From Octopus sinensis (lineage: Eukaryota): a stretch of 61,131 bases of DNA. This document shows, one piece after another, positions 11,340-23,581 of the stretch. The translations under genes were made by a program, and so were the position numbers. The number at the start of each line of letters is the position of its first letter. The stretch's first letter is position 1. The stretch spans positions 1 to 61,131 of the forward strand of contig NW_021833689.1 in NCBI RefSeq assembly GCF_006345805.1, in the 5' to 3' direction. The notes under the pieces were generated by a model, which was not told where the DNA came from, made no database searches, and was given only the letters and a program-made list of their open reading frames with translations.

Positions 11340-12255
11340 TTTATCGGCCAGGGAAAGAGGAAAGACAAAGTCAAACTAGGCGGAATTTGAACTCAGAACT
11401 TGAAGAACGTCAGTCAATATTAATAACCATTTCTACTACAGGTGCAAGGCCTGGATTTTGTGTGGAGGGGGACAGTCGATCATATCGACCCTAAAGTTTC
11501 ACTGGTACTTAATTTATCGGTCTCGAAAGGATGAAGGGCAAAGTTGACCTCCACGAAATGCCACCAAGTATCGTTCCCAGCGTGCTAACATTTCTTATTT
11601 CGTTATTGCCCATAAGAGGCTAAACATAGAGGGGACAAACGAGGACAGGCAAAGGGATTAAGTCGATTACATCGACCCCAGCGCGTAACTGGTACTTAAT
11701 TTATCGACCCCGAAAGGATGAAAGGCAAAGTCGACCTCGGCGGAATTTGAACTCTGGACGTAACGACAGACGAAATACAGCTGAGCATTTTGCCCGGCAT
11801 GCTAGCGTTTTTTATTTCTTTACTGCCCACAAGGGGCTACACATAGAGGGGACAAACGAGGACAGACAAAGGGACCAAGGCGATTATATCGACCCATGTG
11901 CGTAACTGGTACTTCATTTATCGACCCGAAAGGATGAAGGGCAAAGTCGACCTCGGCGGAATTTGAACTCAGAACGTAACGGCAGACGAAATACCGCTAA
12001 GCATTTTGCCCGGCATGCTAGCGTTTCTTATTTCTTTACTGTCCACAGGGGGCTACACATAGAGGGGACAAACGAGGACAGACAAAGGGACCAAGTCGAT
12101 TATATCGACCCATGTGCGTAACTGGTACTTCATTTATCGACCCGAAAGGATGAAGGGCAAAGTCGACCTCGGCGGAATTTGAACTCTGAACGTAACGGCA
12201 GATGAAACACTGCTAAGCATTTCGCCCGGCGTGCTAACGTTTCTGCCAGCTTGCC
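11340..12255 (-). repeat. Head-to-tail array of SINE B units (about 5, with an age gradient)
   Basis: Same motifs as above. The leftmost units are more diverged. Two-unit arrays also occur at 16644-17055 and 50391-50805. Confidence 0.88.
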
Positions 12256-13010
12256 ATTTTAATCAATACTAATAATGATGACAAAGCAGTCGATAAAAAT
12301 AAGCACGAGTTCATTGCTGGGGGTCGATGTAATCGAATTGTCTCCTTCTTCACAATTGCTGGTCTAGTGCCAAAATTAGAAATGAATATTAATAACGATA
12401 TTAATGATGATAACATCAATAAGGGTAATAATAAAAAAATAACAACAACAATGATAATAATAATAATGCTTACTATTGGAACAGGAGAACACATGAAGAT
12501 GGAAAGTGTCGCTGAAGAGGTCACAGATGTGTAACGATAGATTTCCGGACAATGGACATGAGTTAAAGTAAGAACCGTAATAAATGAGTGAAGAACTATA
12601 TATATATATATATATATATATAAACAGAGATAGATAGATCTAGAGATAGAGATGGATAGAGAGATATAGATTGAGAGAGATGCATAGAGAGATAGATAAA
12701 GAGAGAGAGACGTCACTAGAAAACTGGAAGTAAATATTTTATAAAACTTTCAAAGACTTGAATGTAATATAAAAAGCAACATTTTTATTTTCTGGTATTA
12801 CCGATAGATGCAAGGGAAACAATCAATTTCTGAAAGTTAGTTCGCAAAGAGTTACCTCCCTTAGCCACATAACCCAGGATCGGGTTGTCTATGTAAGAGT
12901 CTAAACCCATCCCTGGAACATAAGTAATGTTTGTTCCCAGTTTGGAGAGAATCAGCAAAAAAATATGGCCATTATAATCTTTTACACACACACACAAAAC
13001 GGTATTTATA

Positions 13011-13049
<39 letters not shown>

Positions 13050-13331
13050 CGAAGGTTATATGGATACAGTTTGTGTATCGAATAGCTAGCTTAAGGCGAT
13101 GGCCTCATGGAGCAAATAAGCGGACAGCTTTTTTCTTATTTTTATAAGAATGCCATATTAGTATGGCGATAACTATTAATTTCCAGGAACACTGCCGTAA
13201 TCTCTTTTAGAGAGACTTAGTAATTTTAATATTTCTATTATTGAAAACAAGTGGATGTATCCCACCGAAACTAGGTAAATAAAACCTTCGAACAGAGATA
13301 GTCAGAAGCGACACCTACTGGGTCTGACTAC

Positions 13332-13374
13332 GCTGCATTGACAAAGGGCAAATACCCTGAAACGCGTCTGTAGC
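13332..13374 (+). ncRNA. Degenerate hammerhead motif inside a Penelope-like direct repeat (13047-13546)
   Basis: GCUGCA UUGACAA AGGG CAAAUA CCCU GAAA CGCGUC|UGUAGC. Stems intact; core CUGACGA mutated to UUGACAA. Flanked by a ~135-bp direct repeat at 13047-13180 and 13411-13546. Confidence 0.6.
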
Positions 13375-13567
13375 TGTCGGTCAAGTAGTGTGGAGCGACT
13401 GACCTCCCTTGTTCGAAGGTTATATGGATACAGTTTGTGTATCGAATAGCTAACTTAAGGCGATGGCCTCATGGAGCTAATGAGCGGACAGCTTTTCTTT
13501 TATTTTTATAAGAATGCCATATTAGTATGGCGATAACTATTAATTTATATATATATATATATATATA

Positions 13568-14070
13568 CTAGCAGTATCGCCCGGCGTTGCTCGGGTTTGT
13601 AAGGGAAATAACTATATAAGCATTTTTAGAGAGTTACTTCCCTTATAAATTCGGGCTTTCTTAGCCATTTTTATTTTGGTGTCTTCAAGCCATGAAGTCG
13701 TTGTTCTAAAAGAACGTTGGTTTCCTTCACAACGCATTACGACGTTGATTTCTTTACACTCCCTTCCCCACAGCTTCACGAGGGAGGGAAGAAGGGGGAG
13801 AAGCAAACAGGTGCAGCTGTGAGCGTGGACGCCAACTCCGCCGCCATCGACATACGATGCATTTTATGCATTAAAATGGAATAAAAAATGATGTTAAATT
13901 ATTTTTAAAATCGTAGACTCATCGTTGACGCGCGATAATAGTCAGACGGGCTCGATATGAATCACGACTATAAGATACCCGAATTTGGTTAAACTGCACC
14001 GCAAAATGTGGGAGGAGTTAGGAATCTAAATCGAAGGGGACAGACACTCACACAACTAGAGTTTTATATA
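13568..14070 (-). mobile_element. Non-autonomous Helitron-like element
   Basis: ACTAGCAGTATCGCCCGGCGTTGCTCGGG is the reverse-complement 3' end. The body is shared with 31443-31830. Confidence 0.7.
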
Positions 14071-14892
14071 TATATATATATACTCTTTTACTATTTTAGT
14101 TGTTTCAGTCATGTGACGGCGGCCATGCTGGAGCACCATTTTTATAGATTGCAAATTTAGTCTGTTCAGTTACCTATCGGTATAGTTATCACGGGAAAAC
14201 TCCACAGGTGGACACTTTCATTTCCCATTATCACTCACGTCACACAGTTGTTAATGTTTATTTCAGTTGGTTCTCGCCCTTCCAATTGCTATAGATCCGT
14301 TATGCATCTTACGGCTGTGCCGGTCACCTGTATGGTGAGGAATCCTACACTAGGGACTGGTAACGACTAGGATATGGTAGCTGACTACTTATTGGGATCA
14401 TTCGGCTTTTGGTTTCCTGTAACTTTGCTCTCATTTACAAACCTAGTGAACATTCATATATTTCCGATTTTAAAGAAATTTGAACAATAGATATGACACA
14501 AGTTAACAAAGATTCCCCCAAATTTAACTTCTATTGTTGACTCTATGTTTAGCCCTCTAATAGGGGCCTTAACACTCACATTTTAGAGCTCCATGTGCTT
14601 CAATTTTTAGGAGCAAAAACCTTTGAATATGTTCCATAAGATTTGGATTTTGGAATCTGGGCATGAAGATGATGAGTAGTATGGGATAAATGTGTCATGA
14701 TTAGAATTTTTGTTAGGGTGTGTAAAGAGGGAAATAACGTTCATTAAAATTCTTAATATCCAATTTTGATGAAATTCGAATGATAGATATTCCAGCTCAT
14801 TAGAAAAATATAAAGAAAAGTCTAATTCTTCAATTCCATGTGACACGGGCAACGCCGGGTATCTCTGCTAGTAAGTGATAAAAATGACGTAC

Positions 14893-15050
14893 CCTTTAAA
14901 TCTAAATGTGTCCACGTTGTTCGGAGTCAAGTCATTCCAAGGACTGCTTTTCAGTTTATTGATACTAAACCAGTCTGTAATGGTTGAATTTCGTCCATCA
15001 AAAACCATATTTACAACTGCCTTTTGGTTTTCATATAATACCATTTTCAC
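14893..15050 (-). CDS. Gene A exon 3
   Basis: TGTCAG|GTG AAA ATG ... TTT AAA GG|GTACGT; 158 nt, phase 0->2. VKMVLYENQKAVVNMVFDGRNSTITDWFSINKLKSSPWNDLTPNNVDTFRFK. Homologous to 52697-52860. Confidence 0.88.
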
Positions 15051-15094
15051 CTGACAATATGAGAAATTAATATCCATATACATACATACATACA

Positions 15095-15126
<32 letters not shown>

Positions 15127-15559
15127 GACACACATATCTACATAGATATTCATCTTATATATATATATAGTAGAAATAAGGACCTAAATCCTTCAAACAT
15201 CCAAGTCCGCCGGTTCAATCCAAAGAAAAGCATATATATATAAACCTATATATTCAATATTGGTATAATGAATAAAGTATAAAAAGAAAAGAAAAATAGA
15301 AGTGTAGACGTTATTTCATTCCAAGTTGTTACATGTATCCCATAAAACTTCTACAAGTTGTTTCCAAGCTTAATTAATTCAAAACAAAGCGAAATATAAT
15401 CCTTTTGAAATCACAAAGTAATCTTTTCCTCACGAATTCATTATTGGAATGAATGAGTTCCACCAAGAAATTTAAAGGCCTTTACAATATTCCAGAAAGG
15501 AGCAAACAATTAAATTATGATAGAAAGAAATTAACGGAACGCCAGACCGATCAAATACA

Positions 15560-16300
15560 GAAAAATATATAAATACATTTCAGCGTTAATCAAATGACAA
15601 TTCACAATTGTTAACGACATTTGCAATTACCGTCTATACAAAACAAAATAGACAATCAACTTACAGATAAGTTGAAGATGAAATTAAAGTTATTTTAGCA
15701 GCTAGAAGATCTGTCATTGAATTTGAGAATAAGTTTTGTGTTTGAAAGGATAGTTACGACGGTTTTGATATTCCTATGGGAGCGGCAGACTCCGCTCAAG
15801 TTACGGATATAGCAGGTATTTACATTGTGCTTAAGTTAGGGAGTGATTTTCCGGAACCCGCTAAGGATTTATACCAAGATGACACGCTCACCATAAGGAA
15901 TGTTTCTAATAGGAAATTAGATCTATGTAGAAAGAAGTTTCTCTGGATTTTTTAAAAAGCTATTTCGGTTTATCTATCACCATTGTAAATGAACAGGAAT
16001 CTGTTAACTTTAATTTGATTACAGGTATTTACGAACCTTATCATAAGCCTAACTCTTATCTGAAATATATCAACCCAGGAAGTAATAATCCAGGCGGTGT
16101 TTAGAAATTTCTAATTTACAATGTTTCTAGAAGAATTTCTGCCTTATCTTCACGTGAAGAAGTTTTTGATAAGAATGCTGATTACTATGATATCGCCCTT
16201 CATATGGCTGGTTATTGAATACCTTGATATTTATAGCCCTGATAATATTGATCAATCGGACCTTACTAATAAAAGATATGGACTTGATTTTAAATATTCA
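15560..16300 (+). mobile_element. Degenerate Penelope-like reverse transcriptase remnant (gene A intron 2, antisense)
   Basis: Broken translation FDIPMGAADSAQVTDIAGIYIV...LYQDDTL...GIYEPYHKPNSYLKYINPGSN...NVSRRISALSSREEVFDKNADYYDIALHMAGY, which has PLE RT motifs. Contains stops and frameshifts. Confidence 0.85.
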
Positions 16301-17274
16301 AAATCTTGATAAAAAAGTAAATATGTAATCTGAAAATGCGCGTAAGGACCAAGTGAATAATCTTTTAACTCCAGTTGCTAATGTTCATAAACCTAAATGT
16401 AATTACATGCTGAAGGGTAATAATTCTAAGTTGGTCCTATGAGGTTAATAATTCAGGTCATCCTAATTTAGTTTTGGACAAGAATAACGTTATATCGTAT
16501 ATTATTCTCTTTTCTGGACAATTAAAAAGTAACTTAGTTGGGGCTGTTTATAAACTGTTTTTGAAACTTAAAAAAAAAAGTAGATACTAAGAATTTAAAT
16601 CCGAGATCTCTTAAGGTTAGCGAGAAAGAAAAGCAAAGATAGGGCGGCACGCTGGCAGAAACGTTAGCCCGCCGGAGGAAATGCTTAGCGGTATTTCGTC
16701 TGCCGTTACGTTCTGAGTTCAAATTCTGCCGAGGTCGACTTTACCTTTCATCCTTTCGGGGTCGATTAAATCAGTACCAGTTACGCACTGGGGTCGATAT
16801 AATCGACTTAATCCGTTTGTCTCTCCTTGTTTGTCCTCTCTGTGTTTAGCCCCTTGTGGGTAGTAAAGAGATAGGTATTTCGTCTGCCGCTACGTTCTGA
16901 GTTCAAATTCCGCCGAGGTCGACTTTGCCTTTCATCCTTTCGGGGTTGATAAATTAAGTACCAGTTACACACTGGGATCGATGTAGTCGACTTAATCCGT
17001 TTGTCTGTCCTTGTTTGTTTTCTCTGTGTTTAGCCCCTTGTGGGTAGTAAAGATAAAAAAAGAAAGAAAAGAAAGGTGGGGAAAAAGAAATTGTTGGAGA
17101 CAAAGTGATGCCATCGGACACGAAGGATGCAGCGTAGACAGAGATGATCGAAGGATTATCACCTGCAAGAAACCTGTGTCGGAGCTATGTGTCACATACG
17201 AGTGTTCCCGCCGGGGACGCGTGCGTGTATATGCATACGTGTAAATATTTGTGGATATGTATGTGGATACGTAC

Positions 17275-17462
17275 CTCGTCAATTGGAAGAAGATTCCAGA
17301 TATCAAGGATGGGATGTCGGAAGAAGTTAGGACAAAAAGTACCGCTGCATTTGTCCACGTTCCATGTTGAAGGGCTCCCGACATTCAAAAAGGAATCGTA
17401 CAACTTCGAACCAGCTTTGTGCGATAAGGCATATACTTTAAGCCAAGGGTTGTAGGGGCTTC
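17275..17462 (-). CDS. Gene A exon 2
   Basis: TTTTAG|GA AGC CCC ... GAC GAG|GTACGT; 188 nt, phase 1->0. (R)SPYNPWLKVYALSHKAGSKLYDSFLNVGSPSTWNVDKCSGTFCPNFFRHPILDIWNLLPIDE. Homologous to 60555-60703. Confidence 0.88.
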
Positions 17463-17556
17463 CTAAAATAATAATAATAATAATATAATAATAATGATAA
17501 TGATAATGATGATGATGATGTGATGATGATGATGATGATGATGGTGATGATGATGG

Positions 17557-17623
<67 letters not shown>

Positions 17624-18265
17624 AATGGCAGCGGCTTGACGTGTTGCTCGCTGCTCTGACAATTCAGCAGCCAAGGATATAGAAACAATAACACTACCCA
17701 GCAGGACAACGGGAAAATTAACTCTCAAACACTGGAATATCTACAATTTACTGTGAGTATTTTAAATTTCCCTCAAAATAAGTTAAGAAATTTACATATC
17801 TACAGTTTTCGAACACACAAACGATCAGCTTTAAAAGCTCTAATATCTACAACTTCTGTGAATACCTATCCTTTCCTTTCTCCCTGTGTATTCGAAAATG
17901 TAAACCTCCTTTTTATTCTAAGAACACTACAGCTTTCTCTGTGCGTACATACAAAAGACCATCTTTAGTAAATCTTAAAACTTTTAATATCTAAAATTAT
18001 GTGTGAGAATTTTATCTTTTATTTCTCCCTGACTACCCGGATATGTAGTAAACATACCTTCTTTATTGCAACTTATTCATAAGATCTGATGTCGCTAAAG
18101 AGGAAATAGATTGTTTCCTTAGATTTAGTGGTATGTGAAAACATGTAGATTATTGCAAACGCGTATGTGTGTCTTGTTTGTTGTTAACTAAAGGCGGTGC
18201 TTCAGCATGGCCACAGTCAAATGACTGGAACAAGTAAAAGAGTAAAGAGTAAATGGTTGACTTAC

Positions 18266-18590
18266 GTTTGTAGTAGGACATCTCGTTGCTATCTTGCTTG
18301 CTAATCATTGTCAGCGTATCATTCGGTGTGTAAATCGTACAAACCTGGCTGATTTTGTTGTAACTGAAAAATTCCGAATCATTGTTTAAAGCGGCGAAAG
18401 CACATCCTGTTACACTTCGAACCGTGTAAGATTTTTTCACTGAAGATGAGCGAATGTAGCTATAGGAATAATCAGGCCCGAAATATTTGAAGAAGGCTTC
18501 TCTCTCTTCGGGGGTAACGGTCACGATAGTTACAAGGGTTAATAACAACACTGTAGACACAGCTGGGCTGGTAAAAGTAAACTGGAACAT
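18266..18590 (-). CDS. Gene A exon 1: signal peptide plus reduced PAN/apple-like module
   Basis: ATG at 18590 (context AGAATG). Translation MFQFTFTSPAVSTVLLLTLVTIVTVTPEE...SVTGCAFAALNNDSEFFSYNKISQVCTIYTP...YYK. Ends AAAC|GTAAGT, a phase-1 donor (325 nt). PAN-like assignment rests on the C..F.Y....C pattern only. Confidence 0.85.
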
Positions 18591-18702
18591 TCTTGACCTT
18601 GGATCTACTGAAATAGAGAAAGGAAGAGAGATATTGGGTGAGCAATAAGGGAAGATAGCAATAGCTGGTGGTAGAGAGGGTGGGGTAGATATGTATATAG
18701 AT

Positions 18703-18913
18703 CAGTGGATTTCAACCAGGGTTCCGCAGAACCTTAGGGTTCCGCCAGTACAGTGCAGGGGTTCCGCAAGAAGTTACAAAACTGCAAAAATCGGTAGTAA
18801 TTTTTAATTCTCCTGTGCAGATATAAGACTATTAAATTATTGCACAGGGGTTCCGCGAGCCAGTGGAAAGGTTCCTTGGGGTTCCGCTCCAGTAAAAAGT
18901 TTGAAATGCACTG
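18703..18913. mobile_element. hAT MITE with 8-bp target-site duplication
   Basis: CAGTGGATTTCAAC...TTTGAAATGCACTG flanked on both sides by ATATAGAT. Confidence 0.88.
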
Positions 18914-19967
18914 ATATAGATAGATGCAATGAGGAAGAAGAGAGAGAGAGAAGGAGGGAGAGAGAGAGAGAGAGAAGAAGGTTGAGAGGAAATGATGGTC
19001 CCCGTTGTCTGGTTTATGCACTTATAATTTTGGGTATCCTTGGCGGGGGATGCATGCCCCACTGGTGGGGACATGGTGATATTTTGATGTGGTATGATAA
19101 TATTTTGGTGAGATATGCGTAGGGTTATGCTGAATTTTTGTATAAACACATTCTACCAGAATACGAAGTTTAAAATTTTTTAGTTACCTAGAAATTATGT
19201 TAAAAACTGCCGTTCAAACCGAAAAGATCCCCCAATTCTTTTTTCCTCATTTATTTTAGTCTTTGCTCAGTAAGTGTTATATCTTATTTGCTTCTTTCTA
19301 GAAATCAAAGGAATTCACTACCAATCCCTTCAAAATTTCCTTTTGTGACCTGAATATCCGTTTTGAAAATTACCTATTTTCCATTACATTTCAGACAGAT
19401 TCAGTGCTGAATTGCTGAAGCAGAAATATCTATTTCTTTATTACCCACAAGGGGCTAAACACAGAGAGGACAAACAAGGACAGACAAACGGATTAACTCG
19501 ATTACATCGACCCCAGTGCGTAACTGGTACTTATTTAATCGACGTCGAAAGGATGAAAGGCAAAGTCGACCTCGGCGGGATTTGAACTCAGAACGCTGCA
19601 GCAGATGAAATACCGCTAAGCATTTCGCCCGGCGCGCTAACCACTCTGACAGCTCGTCGCCAGCTCGCAGAAATATCGTTATACCGAATATTCTGCTCAA
19701 TACCACAAATTAGCTTGCCAGTTGCTTCACCTTAACCACTTGAACATACCCCTAAATCGCTGACAATAAGTGCATCTCTGATGATGGGCAGGAGTCGTGG
19801 GGATGCATCAAAGCCATGGGTCGAGAAGGATTCTTTGGGTTTTGAAGAAATGTAACAAAAGCAAAGTTTGAAGGAAATACAGTTCTATATTTAAGAGATG
19901 AGGAATTATGTACATTATTTACATTATTTACATTTGACGGATATTTGTCCTCATCTTGTTTGTTGTT

Positions 19968-20013
19968 AACACAACGTTTCGGCTGATATACCCTCCAGCC
20001 TTCATCAGGTGTC
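19968..20013 (-). ncRNA. Minimal type-I hammerhead ribozyme motif in a Penelope-like terminal fragment (~19880-20060)
   Basis: 5'-GACAC CUGAUGA A GGCUG (GAGGGUAUAU) CAGCC GAAA CGUU|GUGUU. Stem I GACAC/GUGUU, stem II 5 bp, palindromic stem III AACGUU, GUU cleavage triplet. Confidence 0.75.
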
Positions 20014-20100
20014 TTGGGGAAATTTCGAGCCAGAGTTCTCAATCCTAAGGTATTTTTCGATGTTATTATTATTATCATCATCATCATCATCTTCATCATT

Positions 20101-20132
<32 letters not shown>

Positions 20133-20151
20133 TATTATTATTATTATTATT

Positions 20152-22703
20152 CTATGTTTGACTTTTGCTTTATGTCTGTACAAGTTGGCTCCAAGTCTCA
20201 CCCAGAGGCCTCAAGAGACAACAGGTTGGAAGTTCTGTGCCATATATTTGGGGGAGGGGGGGTTGTGTTGTACTAGTGAATGTCTAATACATAAGAAAAA
20301 TAATAAATAAATAAAAAAAAAATTTTTTAAGTTTGTTTTAAACCTTGGGATTACATAGAGAGTATTTTGCGTAGGATATGAGCAGTTCCCATGAGCACTA
20401 TCTTTTGAATTTCTGCCATTTTGGGGTTTCCTGGTATCTGAGTTAGGTAGCAATCAGTCCCTTTCGCTATCATTCCCAGGGCACCTATGACAACAGGTAT
20501 TGTTTTAGTCTTCAGCTTCCACATTTTGCTGATTTCTATTTCAAGATCTTTATATTTGCTCAGTTTTTGGTAGGTCTTGACAGATACGTTTATATCGATT
20601 GGGACAGTCATATCAATGAGGAGGCATGTTCTTTGTCTGAAGTCTTTCAATATAATGTCTGGCCTATTTGCATCTATCTTCCTGTCAGTTTGAATGGTGA
20701 AGTTCCAGAGGAGTGAGATGTGGTCATTTTCAAGCACAGGACGTGTATTGTGTTCCCACCAGTTTTTTTCATGGGGCAAATCCAGGTTTTTGCAAATTAC
20801 CCAGTGAATATATTGTGCAGCTCTATCATGCCTACTGAGGTACTCTGTAGGCGCTAGAAGACTGCATTTGGAGACAACATGGTCAATGGTTTCATTTTGT
20901 TGTCGGCATATACGACATGTTGGGCTACTGCCGTTCTTTAATATGTTGGCCTGGTAGTTTCTTGTTGGTAGGCATTGATCTTGAGCTGCTATGATAAACC
21001 CCTCTGTTTCAGATTTTAAGCCAGAGGCCATTAGCCATTGATGGGTCAGGGCTTTGTCGATATCTGCATTATTCGCTCTCTTTGGGTATTTGCCATAGAG
21101 AGGTTTTTCTTGCCATTTATTATTCAGAATATCTAAGGCCGCAGTTTTGGCACGGGTTTTCATGCGCCTAGCTTTTTCTGTGCTTGTTTCTTGTATATCT
21201 ATCTCTAATTCCGAAATTGGTTGTATTCGGAATTCACTTAGATATTCCTTTGCCTGTTTTGTGACTGAGTATGATGCTTTTTTTTTTTCATGTTTTGAGA
21301 CAAGTTTTAACATCCAGTCCTCAGAGTTTTTCAGGTAGGTGTCTAGGCCAATTGTAGCAATCTTCATTGTTATTGCCAGTTGCAAAAGACCACGGCCTCC
21401 CTCTTTTCTTGGCAGATAGAGTCGTTCTGTATCTGCCTTAGGGTGGTGCATTCTATGCATTGTCAACAGTTTCCTTATTTTTCTGTCGAGCTGACATATT
21501 TCAGTAATTGACCAGTTAACAATATTGAAACTGTAAGTCACGACTGGTATAGCTAATGCATTGATCGCTTCGATCCTGTTTCTTGCATTTAGCTCTGTCT
21601 TGAGTATTGCTCTCACTCTTCGATAGCATTCTCTCCTGATCCTTTCCTTCATCTCTGAATGCCTTATTCCGTTCCCTTCAATTACCCCTAGGTACTTGTA
21701 GCTCTCCGCTGGGTCTAGTTCTTTTATGACATTCTGTTGGTCAAGGTTAACGTTAGATGTTTCTGTCATTTTTCCTTTGATAAAGGTAGCCTTTGCACAT
21801 TTATCGAGGCCGAATTGCATTCTGATGTCGTCACTGAATTGTTTGACTATCGCTAGTAAGCCCTTGAGTTGTTGATCATTTTTTGCAAAAAGCTTTAAAT
21901 CATCCATGTAAACGAGATGATTTATATTTTTATCAAACATTTTATACCCGTACTGCGCGTCATTGAGCAGCTTTGAGAGAGGTATTAAGGATAAACAAAA
22001 GAGGAGTGGTGACAGTGAGTCACCCTGGAAAATGCCACACGAAATTTCTACATCACCAGCATTTAGGGATTCATTGTCACTGTTCAGAGTTAGTGTGGTT
22101 CTCCATGATCTCATACTTACAGTCAAGAAGTTTCGCAGAGTAGGTGCTATCTTATGGGTCAATATTTGTGTGACTGTCTTTATCTATTTGATGCTCATCT
22201 GTCTTAGTGTTTATGATTGGTTCAGGGAGTATTTCACTTTGCCTATCACTTATACTAACTCTTTCAATCCTCTCTTCGTTTTTATCAGCCCTGGGCTGGT
22301 CTATAATTATTTCCTCTGTATTATCTTCTCTAGCTGCAGCTTCATTCATTTTATCCGATATTGCTTGTCTAACCTGATCAATCTCTACTTCAGTCAGTAA
22401 TTTTTTTTTTTTTATAATGTTTCTTCTGACGTTGGCAAGTTTGTTACTGTCTATGTAGGGTCTTACTTCAGGGTGTTTCTGTCTCCAGTTTAAGTATGCT
22501 TGTACAGTGCTAGACTTATCTGTGGGGAAATATATGGCATGGTAGAAGGCCTCAAGAACTTCTTTATTATCTTCCCTAGATCATTTCTCCTTCTTTTTCT
22601 TTTGATTATTTGGTGATGAGCATGGATGGCCATCTGTTGGAATATTCCGGTTGTGGGGTACGTCCAGCTCCTGTGTGTTGGGAAGATTTGATCCAGTAGC
22701 TGA
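20152..22703 (-). mobile_element. R4/Dong-clade non-LTR retrotransposon, 5'-truncated and internally deleted, embedded in (TAA)n
   Basis: 603-aa ORF 20351-22162 has RT motifs (GIFQGDSLSPLLF, YMDDLKL), CCHC CRICRQQNETIDHVVSKC and restriction-like endonuclease motifs (RPD, LLIDMTVP, KLSKYKDL). Disrupted N-terminal piece K*SREDNKEVLEAFY at ~22400-22700 is fused directly, so the RT N-half is missing. The 3' UTR ends in (TAA)/(TGA)n. Confidence 0.9.
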
Positions 22704-22718
22704 TTATTATTATTATTA

Positions 22719-22788
<70 letters not shown>

Positions 22789-22900
22789 CATTATTATTAT
22801 CATCATCATTATTATTATTATTATTATTGTTATCATTATTATTATTATTATTATCATTATTATCATTATTATTATAATTATTATTATTATTATTATTATT

Positions 22901-23454
22901 GAGTGAGAGAGCAGTTCATGCCATCAAAGTGACACTGGGGTAAAATATACGAAGCCCAATATACCCATCATGACTACCCGTCTGATAAAGATACACCAGG
23001 CACATGAATCACAACCATATGTGCGCGACATGGTGATCTCATATCAAGATAAACAGCATATGACCTTGCAGGTGGGGCCCAGTTAGAATTTTCTTCAGGT
23101 TGAGTAGCCCATCCCGCTCAAACGGTCCCTGAATAAGGGTTGTTTAAGGATGTTGAAAGAACCACCCATGTTTCCAGAGGTGAACTATTCAAAGCCCAAA
23201 GAATCCCTCTCAACACATGGCTATGATGCTCCCCCACTACTTCTGCTCGTGATCAGAGATGCACATATCGTCAGCCACTAAGGGACATGCTCAACTGGTT
23301 AAGGTCAAACAACTGACAAGCAAATCTGTGGTATTGAGCAGAATATTTGCTGTAGCCCATCTTTTATACCAAGACAAAACAATGTACATGATAACACTTC
23401 CAATCAGTTAAGATCAGAAGCCATGAGAGCCTCTGCCTGGTACTGCATCAGGGC

Positions 23455-23458
<4 letters not shown>
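22901..23458 (-). mobile_element. Repeat D (~560 bp), non-coding, flanked by (TAA)n on both sides; longest copy
   Basis: Near-identical to 6487-6960 and 7188-7660. A diverged opposite-orientation fragment lies at ~19677-19850. The three near-identical copies are each bordered by TAA-type microsatellite. Confidence 0.8.
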
Positions 23459-23491
<33 letters not shown>

Positions 23492-23550
23492 GTTATTATC
23501 ATTACTGTTATTATTATTATTATTATTATTATTATCATTATTGTTATTAC

Positions 23551-23581
<31 letters not shown>

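Noticed and set aside
17185-17709. Independent signal-peptide ORF starting MSCWVVLL
   Set aside because: The start codon is TTG, not ATG. The coding part is gene A exon 2.
20351-22162. Autonomous active retrotransposon or domesticated RT gene
   Set aside because: The RT N-terminal half is deleted and the upstream segment has stops and frameshifts. The ORF start Met is created by the deletion junction.
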